From an uncultured virus (IMG/VR IMGVR_UViG_3300042869_000764) (taxonomy: Duplodnaviria > Heunggongvirae > Uroviricota > Caudoviricetes), in IMG/VR virus record IMGVR_UViG_3300042869_000764: a DNA stretch of 64,000 nucleotides. One strand, given 5' to 3'. A program made the translations under genes and the position numbers. Below, one piece after another: positions 10,168-20,149 of the stretch (within the stretch, counting starts at the first letter, position 1; every line of letters begins with the position of its first letter). The notes beneath the pieces were generated by a model, which worked only from the letters and a program-made list of their open reading frames with translations, was not told the origin of the DNA and did not search any database.

Positions 10168-11763
10168 TTAGGTGTCCCTGTCAGTTTTATCTGGAGTTAA
10201 TAATTGCGGTGCTCTATGTTCATGCAAGGCCCAAGGCTCATGCATGGGTATGCGTTTCATGAAGCTTTTTACAATGCCAGCTTGGTAACGCTTGTCCCAA
10301 CCTGCTGTAGTGCTAGTGGCTAAATTGTCTCTGAGATCATAGGGTCTTACAAAGTCAGCAGCCTCGGCAGTTTCTGCGTTTGTAGGACCGTTAAAAAATA
10401 TTTTAGTACCGTTGACTTTGACTTCTGCGCCACTACCTAAATTGATATCTGAAGTGGAGCTAATTTTAGTTTCTGCTCCGGATGCAATATCTAGATCGTT
10501 GTTGGTGGATATTTTAGTCTTGGCTCCGACTAATATATCTAGGTTAGCACCCACTGTGAGTTTAGAATCATTGTTGATTAAAAATTCCATGTCTGTGGCA
10601 ATTTCTACGTGCCACTTACCCGATTCAGTTCTCATATTGATATTTCTACCTGCTTCTAGATTTATATCTCGAGCAGCACGTATGTTGAGATCTTGCTGTG
10701 TATGCACACTGATGCTGTCTTGTGCATAGACATCGATCTTACCGTTGCTGGTAAGTTCTATCCATGCTGTGCCACGAGCATTAGCAATATAGATTAGATC
10801 TTCTGAGTTGTGCATCAGGATCTGATGCCCAGTTCTTGTTCTTACTCTAAAATATTCACTAGCAGGGATCGTTGCAGATCCTGTATCACCTTTTTTCTGA
10901 TTAGTAGGATCTAAAAGATCGATGTATTTCACTGGACCTTCTGCAGCAGATTTTTCTCTGTGAAATCTATCATTGCCGTCATCCATGACCAACTGTGTGC
11001 CACCTAATCTACTCACTGGCACAGTGGCCTGACTGTCTGATTTGCCTATTTGTTGTTTTTTAGCACTGGTTCTGCGATCAAGCGGACCTGGAGTAGATAT
11101 ACCAAACACCATGCTAGGAGCTTCTCGCCTCGGTGAACTTGTATTGAATCCCCTGACATCATCTTCTAACAAACCTTGTTCGAGAAATCTATCTGCTATA
11201 GGATGGACTACTCTGGGATATTTTTCTGGATCAATTTCCTGCGTGTCGCCATTGATGCGTTTGTTGATTTCAGCCACAGGCAAGGGCAAGGTAGTATTAC
11301 CATATCTTTTTTTATCTTCAGCATCTAAACTGTTTACAGTGCTGCTAGCTATGGCTGGTACCATGTGATTGATGTTGATGCCAGGTACGCAGGCAAACCA
11401 ATAACCTGCTGCAGGATCGCCATTGACAAACAATACCAACACATTAACACCAACATCCGGCGGTACAAACCACATGCCGTATGATTTCTGTGTGTCGCTG
11501 AACCCGTCAATGGTTGACTTTGATCCATCGTTGTTTCCCATGAATTCAAATGGAGTATAACCGAAAAACGGCGATGCGTATTTCACAATAAAAGTTTGAC
11601 TGTCGTCACCTGATGCGTTTGACTGATCTTTCAATAAGGTAACTTCGATAGATCCCATGAAGGAAGGGTCAAGATGACTGATAACTCGGGCGATGTATAT
11701 GCCCGTGGTTAACCCACCGCTTCTGCCTTCATCATCAACTGACGGTCTTGATAATTCTGCCAT
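10168..11763 (-). CDS. gp5: Baseplate central spike, gp5/VgrG-like (OB-fold plus beta-helix, no lysozyme domain seen)
   Basis: YGMWFVPPDVGVNVLVLF OB-fold motif, RTRTGHQILMHNSEDLIYI, and beta-repeat C-terminus. Confidence 0.75.
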   Translation of the reverse strand: MAELSRPSVDDEGRSGGLTTGIYIARVISHLDPSFMGSIEVTLLKDQSNASGDDSQTFIVKYASPFFGYTPFEFMGNNDGSKSTIDGFSDTQKSYGMWFVPPDVGVNVLVLFVNGDPAAGYWFACVPGININHMVPAIASSTVNSLDAEDKKRYGNTTLPLPVAEINKRINGDTQEIDPEKYPRVVHPIADRFLEQGLLEDDVRGFNTSSPRREAPSMVFGISTPGPLDRRTSAKKQQIGKSDSQATVPVSRLGGTQLVMDDGNDRFHREKSAAEGPVKYIDLLDPTNQKKGDTGSATIPASEYFRVRTRTGHQILMHNSEDLIYIANARGTAWIELTSNGKIDVYAQDSISVHTQQDLNIRAARDINLEAGRNINMRTESGKWHVEIATDMEFLINNDSKLTVGANLDILVGAKTKISTNNDLDIASGAETKISSTSDINLGSGAEVKVNGTKIFFNGPTNAETAEAADFVRPYDLRDNLATSTTAGWDKRYQAGIVKSFMKRIPMHEPWALHEHRAPQLLTPDKTDRDT

Positions 11764-14171
11764 TAATTTTGTCCTAGATCTCGATAATATCTAAAGCCCA
11801 CTCTTCGTTGGGGTTGATTAGATGTAGTGGTTGGTTGAGCGCCTGTGCTAGAGGATGCAGTGTCAGCTCCAACTGTAGAGCTAGAAGCACTGCTGTCAAC
11901 CAATGATGTTTTTGGCGGTTCTTTGTCGCCTATTTCTACCGCTGGCACATCTGCTTTGTCTACCACTGATGCTTTGTCTCCGGTAATAGTTTCGTTGACT
12001 TCCGGTCCTTGTGGGCCTGGCATTCTAATACATTTCAATTTCTGTTTCCAATTTCCATCATTGAATTGATTTTCGCAGCTGACAACTCTATATATACCGC
12101 CAAAAGGGCTTTCCTTTCCTGCTATTGAAAAATCGTATAGACCAGTTAATGTGTTCACATCAGCTGGAGTTCTGAATGTCATATAGATATAGACGTTGCC
12201 GCTTTCATAGTTCATAGTGCCATCGTCTGTTATCTGTGCTGTGGGCGAAGCGGCTCCTACAAAATAGTTACTCATTCCCGAATCTATCAACCAATAAGGA
12301 TCACCAAGTATTTCAAGATTTACCGTGACCATGTCAGCACTGCTGCCACTGATAAACGCTTCTTGAAAATTCTCTGCAACGTTTTGTTCAACAGTTTTGT
12401 ATTCAGAACCGCCTTTGAATCCTTTCAATAGTCTAGGATCACGTTTTGGTCTAGCTCTACCGGTTTGTGCAGACTGCACTTCCGCAGCTTGTCCTTTACC
12501 TGTTTTAGTAGAAGAATTCTTTGTTTCAGCTGCGTTTTGATCTTGTGTGGAAGTTTTAGCGGCATCAGCTTCTGGTTTAGGATTTGCTCCTGCATAGAAT
12601 AAATTATTGATGTCAATACTGAAACTAAGAATATCTACATTTTGTCCGGTGTAGATGTATTGGTATTCTTTGACTACATCTTTCATTAGTTCCGCATAAC
12701 CCACCGGTGCGGATGTGGCGTTGGCAAATATGCTTTGATGCACTAGATATGGCACTACCCTGTAAGTGATCTTTTTTGCATAATCGCCTGTGATAACATC
12801 AAATTTCAACAGCTCTATTTGCACATCTAGTTTAAACCACTTGATAAATCCCTGCGGTGTTAGAAATTTAGGTTCTAAGGCTTCGGTGGCATATTCCGAA
12901 CTGAGGATCACTTGATTAATAATTGCTGTCAATGACTGACTCTGTCCAAATTGAAAGGCTCGAGTTTTTGGATCTATGGTCATGCCTTCTCTTTTTAACA
13001 CACCTGTTTTTTCATCGTATTGATCACCAGCTCGCTTGAAAACTGCACGACCGCCAGAACTTTGATCAAATCCCAAACTTGCAGAGGCTATGTTGTTCTG
13101 ATCCAGTAGCTGAGGATCTGTTTTAATCATAGAGCTTTGCACTGCTGATTTAGTAGAGGCTCCTTCGGATGGATTTACCGTTGCCTTTTTAACTTCTGAT
13201 TGATTGCCTGCTGAACTTTGCCAGTCACTGGACAGTATAGGAAACTGGATGACATATTCATCTTTTTCGGTGATCTTTCCTTCGGCCTTTAATTTGTCTT
13301 CATTCTTGTTGAGATATGCTACAAGACTGCCCTCGCTGCCCGACAACAAATCAAATACATGACCTTTGCCGCTGGCAAATATTTTTACATCACTATAAGT
13401 GGTGTTGATAGCATCAGAAAATCCTTGATGATTATATGGAATTGCTTCTACTTTATATACACTACCGCCTTCATTGACTGTAAACTTAGTAGACGACAGT
13501 TTCATTACAAAATACTTGGGTTTTATCTGAGACAAATTTTGTCCTAGTTCATTAAATCCCTGAATATCCATCCGCAATACAAATGGTGCGTTGTCTAGGT
13601 AACTAAGATATCCTGCTTTTACTGCGGCATTCTGCATGCTTTGTAACAACAGTCCCATAGAATGCGGTTCAATTATATCAAATGAAAATTTAACAGCATT
13701 GCTGTTGCCTGTGGCTTCATTGGCTCCTATCACTGTCTGCATTACAAAGTTGTTGATGTAGTATTCCGGACTGCCAAAAAATGTCGCCACTCTGTCTGCG
13801 TCGAATCGTCCTGCAGATGAAAACACTAAATTTTTCAATGCTGACGGATTATCTCTATAAGTTTTAGGATCGTTAAACTGCTGCGGAGTCAAACATGCCA
13901 ATGTCCACAACACATTATTACTGGCAAACACTTCCATGGGATTACGAACTAATGCAGGTAGATTTTTCTTAGCCGATGCAGCTGTGGTGTTTGTTTTTGT
14001 TTCCTGATTAGATTTACCATTTTCCAGCATGTCAGAGGCTCGTGCTGGAACTTCAAGGGTCGTTCTCACAGCATTGCCTATGGCAAGATTGCTGTTGGTA
14101 AATTCTGCAATAGCCCGGGTGCCGTCTGGTTTAAACTGTTCTATAGCGTTGGCTAAAAATCTAGCGACCAT
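11763..14171 (-). CDS. Putative baseplate hub protein
   Basis: Position between the gp53-like and gp5-like genes; LEILGDPYW and GIYRVVSCENQFNDGNWKQKL hub-like C-terminal motifs. Confidence 0.55.
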   Translation of the reverse strand: MVARFLANAIEQFKPDGTRAIAEFTNSNLAIGNAVRTTLEVPARASDMLENGKSNQETKTNTTAASAKKNLPALVRNPMEVFASNNVLWTLACLTPQQFNDPKTYRDNPSALKNLVFSSAGRFDADRVATFFGSPEYYINNFVMQTVIGANEATGNSNAVKFSFDIIEPHSMGLLLQSMQNAAVKAGYLSYLDNAPFVLRMDIQGFNELGQNLSQIKPKYFVMKLSSTKFTVNEGGSVYKVEAIPYNHQGFSDAINTTYSDVKIFASGKGHVFDLLSGSEGSLVAYLNKNEDKLKAEGKITEKDEYVIQFPILSSDWQSSAGNQSEVKKATVNPSEGASTKSAVQSSMIKTDPQLLDQNNIASASLGFDQSSGGRAVFKRAGDQYDEKTGVLKREGMTIDPKTRAFQFGQSQSLTAIINQVILSSEYATEALEPKFLTPQGFIKWFKLDVQIELLKFDVITGDYAKKITYRVVPYLVHQSIFANATSAPVGYAELMKDVVKEYQYIYTGQNVDILSFSIDINNLFYAGANPKPEADAAKTSTQDQNAAETKNSSTKTGKGQAAEVQSAQTGRARPKRDPRLLKGFKGGSEYKTVEQNVAENFQEAFISGSSADMVTVNLEILGDPYWLIDSGMSNYFVGAASPTAQITDDGTMNYESGNVYIYMTFRTPADVNTLTGLYDFSIAGKESPFGGIYRVVSCENQFNDGNWKQKLKCIRMPGPQGPEVNETITGDKASVVDKADVPAVEIGDKEPPKTSLVDSSASSSTVGADTASSSTGAQPTTTSNQPQRRVGFRYYRDLGQN

Positions 14172-14471
14172 TTATACTCCTAGAAACTTTGCAAGGTTTG
14201 TTTTTTTTGGCAAGTATATCACAGTTCCTGGCTCAAAATCGTATATAGGGTCTTTGATAACGCTCATGTTTCTTTGTACAAACACCCACCATAGTTTGGC
14301 ATTGCCATATACGTCATAGGCCAAAAGGTCGGGTCGATGCCTGTATTGGTTTTCAATCACATATCGAAAATCATCTGCTTCGGCTGGCACTGGTCTAATC
14401 TCTAAGAGATCGAGATAAAAATTATTCTGCCTAGTATCAGACCAGGGACTGGTTTTAGAGTATTTTGCCAT
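14172..14471 (-). CDS. gp53: Baseplate wedge protein, gp53/LysM-like
   Basis: RPDLLAYDVYGNAKLWWVF motif. Confidence 0.75.
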   Translation of the reverse strand: MAKYSKTSPWSDTRQNNFYLDLLEIRPVPAEADDFRYVIENQYRHRPDLLAYDVYGNAKLWWVFVQRNMSVIKDPIYDFEPGTVIYLPKKTNLAKFLGV

Positions 14472-15736
14472 TAGATATATCCTACTTGGCCTTCACCGGA
14501 CATTTTGCCTCTAGCATAGTCTTGTAAGCTAAATTTTCTCAGTCCTTGTCTGCTGTATACAGGCGCTACTTGCACTGTTATTGTGCTCAACACAGGCACC
14601 CAAGTGTATTTGCCGTTCTGAAAAGGATCACATTTGATGTAGTTTACATCGTCTTTGAAATCCACTGAGAATGATTTTATAATCACAGGAACCTTGTCAA
14701 ACACATGACTACCGTAACCTGTGAGATTACAAATAATAGGAGGATTACCTGCAAGATCACCTTGCCCAAAAAACATCTTGGTAGCTGTCTTAAAAAATGT
14801 AGTTGCTGCTATCCAGTAGGCGCCGTCTGTGGCAGTTTCACAACTGAACTCACCGCTGATTGATATATCATCAACCACACTGTTTTTGTAACTGTATTGA
14901 GAATAGTTGGCATGAGTTATAGGTATAGTATTGTATTCTGCCTTGGTGCTGACAGTGATGTTAGGCATGTATGGCCATACCACACCGCCAGTTTGTTTGA
15001 GAACTCCGAATAACGGACTATTAAAAGTATTCCATTCACAATTTATACGCACTCGCCAATCATCCTTGGATCCTGCTTTCAACTGTATAGCCTGCCCTTG
15101 TGGTGCAAACACTTCTGCCCCTTTGGGTATGTTGATGCCTCGCTTGAGACTAAGTATATTGTTGAGCATGCCTGCTGCTCCACTGATTTCGCCGGCAGCT
15201 TTCATTAATCCGCCTGCAAGATTGCCACCAGTGAGTTTGTTAATTGTTCCGGAGATATCTGCTGCTATGTTACTCGTCGAACCTGCAACTGTTCTTAGCT
15301 TATCAACTGCACCTCCCACAGCACTTTGTATGGTATTGTTACCACCCATAGCACTGGCTCCGAAGTTTTTTGCACCTCCTGCTAACTGGTTTAATCCTGA
15401 TTTAAATCCGCCAGATAGATCAGAAACCTTGTCGTCAAGTTTGAGTTTGTCCATGACAGAAGTAGCGTCTGGCAGGGCAGCTTGCCCTTCGTTAGTGGCT
15501 TGGCTGATGTTTTCCGAAATACCTGCTACCAGTTGTGAAAACGGAGCCACAGGATTACTGCCGGGTCCCGAAGATGGTGCTTTATCGCCGCCGAATCCAA
15601 ATGCCGCTGTTAATTTTTCATTAAGTGCGCGATTGTTGGACACTTGTGCAGCGGTGATGCTATCAGGCTTGCCGCTCTTCGCATTTATGCTAGCGGCTTC
15701 TTCTTCCGGCGTGTTGGGATAAGTCTTACGAGCCAT
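14471..15736 (-). CDS. Putative baseplate-tail tube junction protein (gp48/gp54-like) with low-complexity N-terminus
   Basis: C-terminal tube-like domain (GVVWPYMPNI...PPIICNLTGYG...VPVIIKSFSVDFKDDVNYI); first gene of the baseplate operon. Confidence 0.5.
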   Translation of the reverse strand: MARKTYPNTPEEEAASINAKSGKPDSITAAQVSNNRALNEKLTAAFGFGGDKAPSSGPGSNPVAPFSQLVAGISENISQATNEGQAALPDATSVMDKLKLDDKVSDLSGGFKSGLNQLAGGAKNFGASAMGGNNTIQSAVGGAVDKLRTVAGSTSNIAADISGTINKLTGGNLAGGLMKAAGEISGAAGMLNNILSLKRGINIPKGAEVFAPQGQAIQLKAGSKDDWRVRINCEWNTFNSPLFGVLKQTGGVVWPYMPNITVSTKAEYNTIPITHANYSQYSYKNSVVDDISISGEFSCETATDGAYWIAATTFFKTATKMFFGQGDLAGNPPIICNLTGYGSHVFDKVPVIIKSFSVDFKDDVNYIKCDPFQNGKYTWVPVLSTITVQVAPVYSRQGLRKFSLQDYARGKMSGEGQVGYI

Positions 15737-15820
15737 TTTGAGCAGATTTCCTTGTCATATAGACTATTTATTATGATAAAAATGTGCTATTATATAACAT
15801 ATAACGGAGAATTCTAACTA

Positions 15821-16663
15821 ATGATTGTGCCTAAAATTAAGTATCTAACCAACAAAGATTTACTAAGAGAAATACACCTAAGCAAGAATACCTACTGTAG
15901 TTTCACAGACCCTGCATACGAAGAATACGATTTAATTGTCACAACATTAGACAAACTGAACATACGCACTATCGCAGAAGCCAAAAGAAATAGAGCATCT
16001 AAAATGGCCAAGGCTGCACACGAAGCAGCTGTATACGCAGCTGGTAAAAAAATGCCAGCTAAAGAGTTTGAAGTTGATTATCGCAAAGTGCAGAAACAAG
16101 ATCTAGTTTTTCGTGTGATGACCTTTACACACATACCGTTAGCGCCGGGCCGTAAGAAAACTCTTAAAAACACTGCTGACAGTCATGACAAAGTAAACTT
16201 TCCGCCTTTCCAGCATTGGAAATATGATGACAACGATAACTTGATCTGTGTGGGCAAAAGTCATTGGAAAGGAGATCTTGATCATGGAGAGTTTTCAAAA
16301 GATCACGGACAAATGACCAACGACCTAGCTCGCATGTTTATCAAGCTCTGTGAGAGATATGCCACCAGAGGCAACGTCAGAGGCTACACATACAATGACG
16401 AAATGAAAGGTCAAGCTATTCTTCAACTAACTCAAATAGGACTCCAATTCGATGAAAGTAAATCTGATAATCCTTTTGCTTACTATACTGCTGCTGTCAC
16501 TAATTCATTCGTTAGAATTATCAACCTGGAGAAGCGCAATCAAAACATTCGAGACGACATTCTCGAAATGAATGGTATGAATCCTTCATGGACACGTCAA
16601 AACAGCTCCAATGGTGGTAAGAACGCTCCCGGACCAGTCACTGTCACAGATAGTTTAGATTGA
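15821..16663 (+). CDS. gp55: Late-transcription sigma factor, T4 gp55-like, with N-terminal extension
   Basis: GYTYNDEMKGQAILQL...FDESKSDNPFAYYT...NSFVRIINLEKRNQ; conserved 55-47-46 gene order. Confidence 0.8.
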   Translation: MIVPKIKYLTNKDLLREIHLSKNTYCSFTDPAYEEYDLIVTTLDKLNIRTIAEAKRNRASKMAKAAHEAAVYAAGKKMPAKEFEVDYRKVQKQDLVFRVMTFTHIPLAPGRKKTLKNTADSHDKVNFPPFQHWKYDDNDNLICVGKSHWKGDLDHGEFSKDHGQMTNDLARMFIKLCERYATRGNVRGYTYNDEMKGQAILQLTQIGLQFDESKSDNPFAYYTAAVTNSFVRIINLEKRNQNIRDDILEMNGMNPSWTRQNSSNGGKNAPGPVTVTDSLD

Positions 16664-16665
16664 GT

Positions 16666-16694
16666 TTGACCTTACATTTATATTCTGTTATAAT
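16666..16694 (+). promoter_or_regulatory. Sigma70-type promoter upstream of gp47
   Basis: TTGACC, 17 nt spacer, TATAAT with extended -10 TG; ATG follows after a 6 nt gap. Confidence 0.7.
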
Positions 16695-16700
16695 TAATCT

Positions 16701-17711
16701 ATGAATCTCTTTAAGAAAGTTGCATGCTTCACTGACATACACTTTGGATTAAAATCCGGAAGTCGTACACATAATCAAGACTGCGAAGATTTTGTGTCTT
16801 GGTTTTGTGACACAGCTCGAGCACAAGGCTGCGAAACAGCTATATTTCTAGGTGACTGGCATCATAATCGCAGTACCACTGATGTTAGCACTATGAATTA
16901 TACTGTGAGCAACTTGGAAAAACTCAGTCAGAGTTTTGAAAAAGTCTATTTCATTCTAGGCAATCACGATTTATTCTACAAAGACAAGCGTGAAATCAAC
17001 TCTGTAGAGTTTATGAGATTGTTTCCTAACATTGTGCCCATACGTGAGTTATACACAGAAGGGGATGTCACTATCATGCCTTGGCTGATAGGTGATGAAT
17101 GGACCACTGTAAAACAACTGAAAAGCAGATACATTTTTGGACATCTTGAGCTGCCGCACTTTTATATGAATGCCATGGTGCAGATGCCTGATCACGGTCA
17201 GTTGCAGACTGGACACTTTCAGAATCAAGAATTAGTGTTTACTGGACACTTTCACAAGCGGCAACAAAAAGGCAATGTGGTTTATATAGGCAATGCTTTC
17301 CCGCACAACTATGCAGACGCAGGTGATGACGATCGTGGTATGATGATCATGGATTGGGGTGGCAAACCCGAATATCATTCTTGGCCCGATCAGCCCATAT
17401 ACAGAACCTACAAGCTGAGTCAGATCATCGATAGGCCTGATGAGCTGCTGCGTGAAAAGATGCATTGTCGTGTGACCATTGACTTGCCTATCACATTCGA
17501 AGAAGCAAACTTTATCAAAGAACAATTCATGCCGCAGTATAAACTGCGTGAGTTAATGCTAATTCCAGAAAAAGTAGAAGTAGAAAGTGCTGTTAATCCC
17601 ATAGACATCACATTTGAATCTGTGGACACTATTGTAATGAATCAAATCAATAACATAGACAGTGATACCTATGACAAAAAATTACTGTTGGATATCTATA
17701 ACGAACTATGA
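16701..17711 (+). CDS. gp47: Recombination nuclease subunit, gp47/Mre11/SbcD
   Basis: Metallophosphoesterase motifs TDIH, GDWHH, GNHD, GH, GHFH. Confidence 0.92.
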   Translation: MNLFKKVACFTDIHFGLKSGSRTHNQDCEDFVSWFCDTARAQGCETAIFLGDWHHNRSTTDVSTMNYTVSNLEKLSQSFEKVYFILGNHDLFYKDKREINSVEFMRLFPNIVPIRELYTEGDVTIMPWLIGDEWTTVKQLKSRYIFGHLELPHFYMNAMVQMPDHGQLQTGHFQNQELVFTGHFHKRQQKGNVVYIGNAFPHNYADAGDDDRGMMIMDWGGKPEYHSWPDQPIYRTYKLSQIIDRPDELLREKMHCRVTIDLPITFEEANFIKEQFMPQYKLRELMLIPEKVEVESAVNPIDITFESVDTIVMNQINNIDSDTYDKKLLLDIYNEL

Positions 17712-19486
17712 TTAAAATCAACAATCTCACAGTGCGCAACTTCATGAGCGTGGGTAATCAGACCCAGGCCATTGATTTTGACAAAGGTCAGCTTACCTTG
17801 GTGCTAGGTGAAAATATGGACCTAGGCGGTGACGACAGCGGTGCTAGAAATGGCACAGGCAAGACTACTATTATCAACGGATTAAGTTATGCCATCTACG
17901 GACAGGCGCTGACTAATATCAAACGTGATAATCTTATCAACAAGATCAACAGCAAAGGAATGCTGTGTACAGTGACTTTTGAAAAAGATGGAGTCAAGTA
18001 TCATATCGAGCGAGGTCGCAAGCCTAATTTACTGAGATTCAGTATAAATGATCAAGAACAAGAGCTCAGCGATCTTGACGAAAGTCAAGGCGACAGCAGA
18101 GAAACACAAAAGGCCATTGAAGAAGTGTTTGGCATGAAACATGAGATGTTCAAACATCTCATTGCATTAAACACCTACACAGAACCTTTTTTGAGCATGA
18201 AAGCTGCAGATCAACGTGCTATTATTGAACAGTTGTTGGGAATTACCATACTGTCAGAAAAGGCAGAAGCACTTAAAGATGCAATTAGAATCAGCAAAGA
18301 CAGCATTGCAACAGAAAACACAAGAATAGAAACTGTCAAAGCCAGCAACGAAAGAATACAACAAAGCATAGAGTCGTTGATACGCAAACAACGCATGTGG
18401 GAAGAACAAAAAGAAACTGCTCTGACTAATTTACTCAAAAGCATTGATCGGCTCAGCGACATTGACATTGATCAAGAAATCGTCAATCAGCGAGCATTAG
18501 CAGATTGGAATACAAATAAAAAGGAACACGAGAGTCTAGCATCACTGAGTGCTAAACAAACTTCAGCTTTGGAAAAAGAACAGCGTATTCTAGACAAACT
18601 AGAACGAGAATTAGTCAGTCTAACAGAACACAAATGTCATACCTGCGGCCAAGAGCTACACGACGCCAAACATAATGAAATTATGTCTGCTAAGTCTGCA
18701 CAGATTGAAGAAAGCCGTGGCGCTATCAACGAACATCTCGAAGAGCTCAGTGTGATCACTGAAGCAATATCGCTGCTGGGCGAACTAGGTGCGTGTCCTT
18801 CAGTGACCTACGATAGTTTAGAAGCAGCATTGAACCATAAAAATACCCTAGACAGCCTAGAGCGTGACATTACTATCAAGACTGCAGAAGAAAATCCCTA
18901 TGACGATCAGATTGTTGAACTCAAAGAAACAGCTGTGCAGGAAATAGATTGGAACGGACTCAACGAACTAGTGCGTGTTAAAGATCATCAAGAGTTCTTG
19001 CACAAGTTATTGACCAACAAAGATAGTTTTGTTCGCAAACGAATAATAGATCAGAATCTTGCGTTCTTGAATCAACGTTTGACATATTATTTGGACAAGA
19101 TCGGATTGCCTCACACTGTGGAGTTTCAGAATGATTTAACTGTGGTTATCACACAGCTAGGACAAGATCTAGATTTTGACAATCTAAGCCGTGGAGAACG
19201 TAACAGATTGATCTTATCTTTGTCGTGGGCGTTCCGTGATGTGTGGGAAAACCTATACACCAGTATTAATTTGTTGTTTATCGACGAACTTGTAGATTCG
19301 GGCATGGATGCTAGTGGTGTTGAATCCAGTATTGCTGTGTTGAAACGCATGACTCGTGAGCGTGACAAGAATGTGTTCTTGATTTCACATAGAGATGATT
19401 TGACCAGTCGTGTTAATCACGTGCTGAAAGTGATCAAAGAAAATGGATTCACTAGTTATAGCAATGACATAGAGATTATGGCATGA
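17708..19486 (+). CDS. gp46: Recombination ATPase, gp46/Rad50/SbcC
   Basis: Walker A NGTGKT, coiled coil with CHTC zinc hook, LSRGE signature, Walker B LLFIDE, ISH. Confidence 0.93.
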   Translation: MIKINNLTVRNFMSVGNQTQAIDFDKGQLTLVLGENMDLGGDDSGARNGTGKTTIINGLSYAIYGQALTNIKRDNLINKINSKGMLCTVTFEKDGVKYHIERGRKPNLLRFSINDQEQELSDLDESQGDSRETQKAIEEVFGMKHEMFKHLIALNTYTEPFLSMKAADQRAIIEQLLGITILSEKAEALKDAIRISKDSIATENTRIETVKASNERIQQSIESLIRKQRMWEEQKETALTNLLKSIDRLSDIDIDQEIVNQRALADWNTNKKEHESLASLSAKQTSALEKEQRILDKLERELVSLTEHKCHTCGQELHDAKHNEIMSAKSAQIEESRGAINEHLEELSVITEAISLLGELGACPSVTYDSLEAALNHKNTLDSLERDITIKTAEENPYDDQIVELKETAVQEIDWNGLNELVRVKDHQEFLHKLLTNKDSFVRKRIIDQNLAFLNQRLTYYLDKIGLPHTVEFQNDLTVVITQLGQDLDFDNLSRGERNRLILSLSWAFRDVWENLYTSINLLFIDELVDSGMDASGVESSIAVLKRMTRERDKNVFLISHRDDLTSRVNHVLKVIKENGFTSYSNDIEIMA

Positions 19487-19701
19487 GTTCGGACGCACAC
19501 GATCGTATGATCCATGCCTTTCAAGAATACTTTAAATGGCAGGATCGATTTCATCACAAAAAATCCAACGAAGCAGGTATCAAAGCAAGATCATGGCTAT
19601 CAGAAATACGCACACAGGCATCAATCATAAGAGTAGAAATACAAGATAAACGAAAGGCACAGCGAGAATCCAGAAAAGGCATGAGAGGCAAGAAGCTTTA
19701 A
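19483..19701 (+). CDS. Small basic protein, resembles histone H1-like Hc1 N-terminal domain
   Basis: SNEAGIKARSWLSEIRTQ resembles the Hc1-type NKAAGTRARK..LE motif (from memory); K/R-rich tail; ATGA overlap with gp46. Confidence 0.5.
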   Translation: MSSDAHDRMIHAFQEYFKWQDRFHHKKSNEAGIKARSWLSEIRTQASIIRVEIQDKRKAQRESRKGMRGKKL

Positions 19702-19712
19702 CTAATTAAAGA

Positions 19713-20147
19713 GTGCAATGGACGTTTCAAAATCAAATAATAGACGAAATACCAGAAGGCTATATTGGCTTTGTTTATATAATCACGAATAAAACCACCG
19801 GACAGAAGTACATAGGCAAGAAATTAGCACAATTCAAACGTACCAAACCCCCACTCAAAGGCAAAAAACTCAAAAGAAGAAGTGTAGTAGAAAGCGATTG
19901 GCGCGAATACTATGGTTCATCTGATAGGTTAAACGCAGACGTCCAAACATTAGGTCCGGAAAATTTCACAAGAGAAATACTTTACCTTTGCAAGTCCAAG
20001 GCAGAACTATCATATTTAGAAGCAAGAGAGCAGTTTGAACGCAGAGTTTTAGAAACTGATGACTATTATAATGGTATTATAAATGTCAGAGTTGGCGGAT
20101 CAAACATACTTAGACAGCGTCTACTAGAACAATCTCAGGCAAAATAA
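19713..20147 (+). CDS. Stand-alone GIY-YIG family endonuclease (144 aa)
   Basis: GFVYIITNKTTGQKYIGKK, YYGSS, FTREIL and conserved E and YN; no long C-terminal DNA-binding arm. Confidence 0.8.
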   Translation: MQWTFQNQIIDEIPEGYIGFVYIITNKTTGQKYIGKKLAQFKRTKPPLKGKKLKRRSVVESDWREYYGSSDRLNADVQTLGPENFTREILYLCKSKAELSYLEAREQFERRVLETDDYYNGIINVRVGGSNILRQRLLEQSQAK

Positions 20148-20149
20148 AG

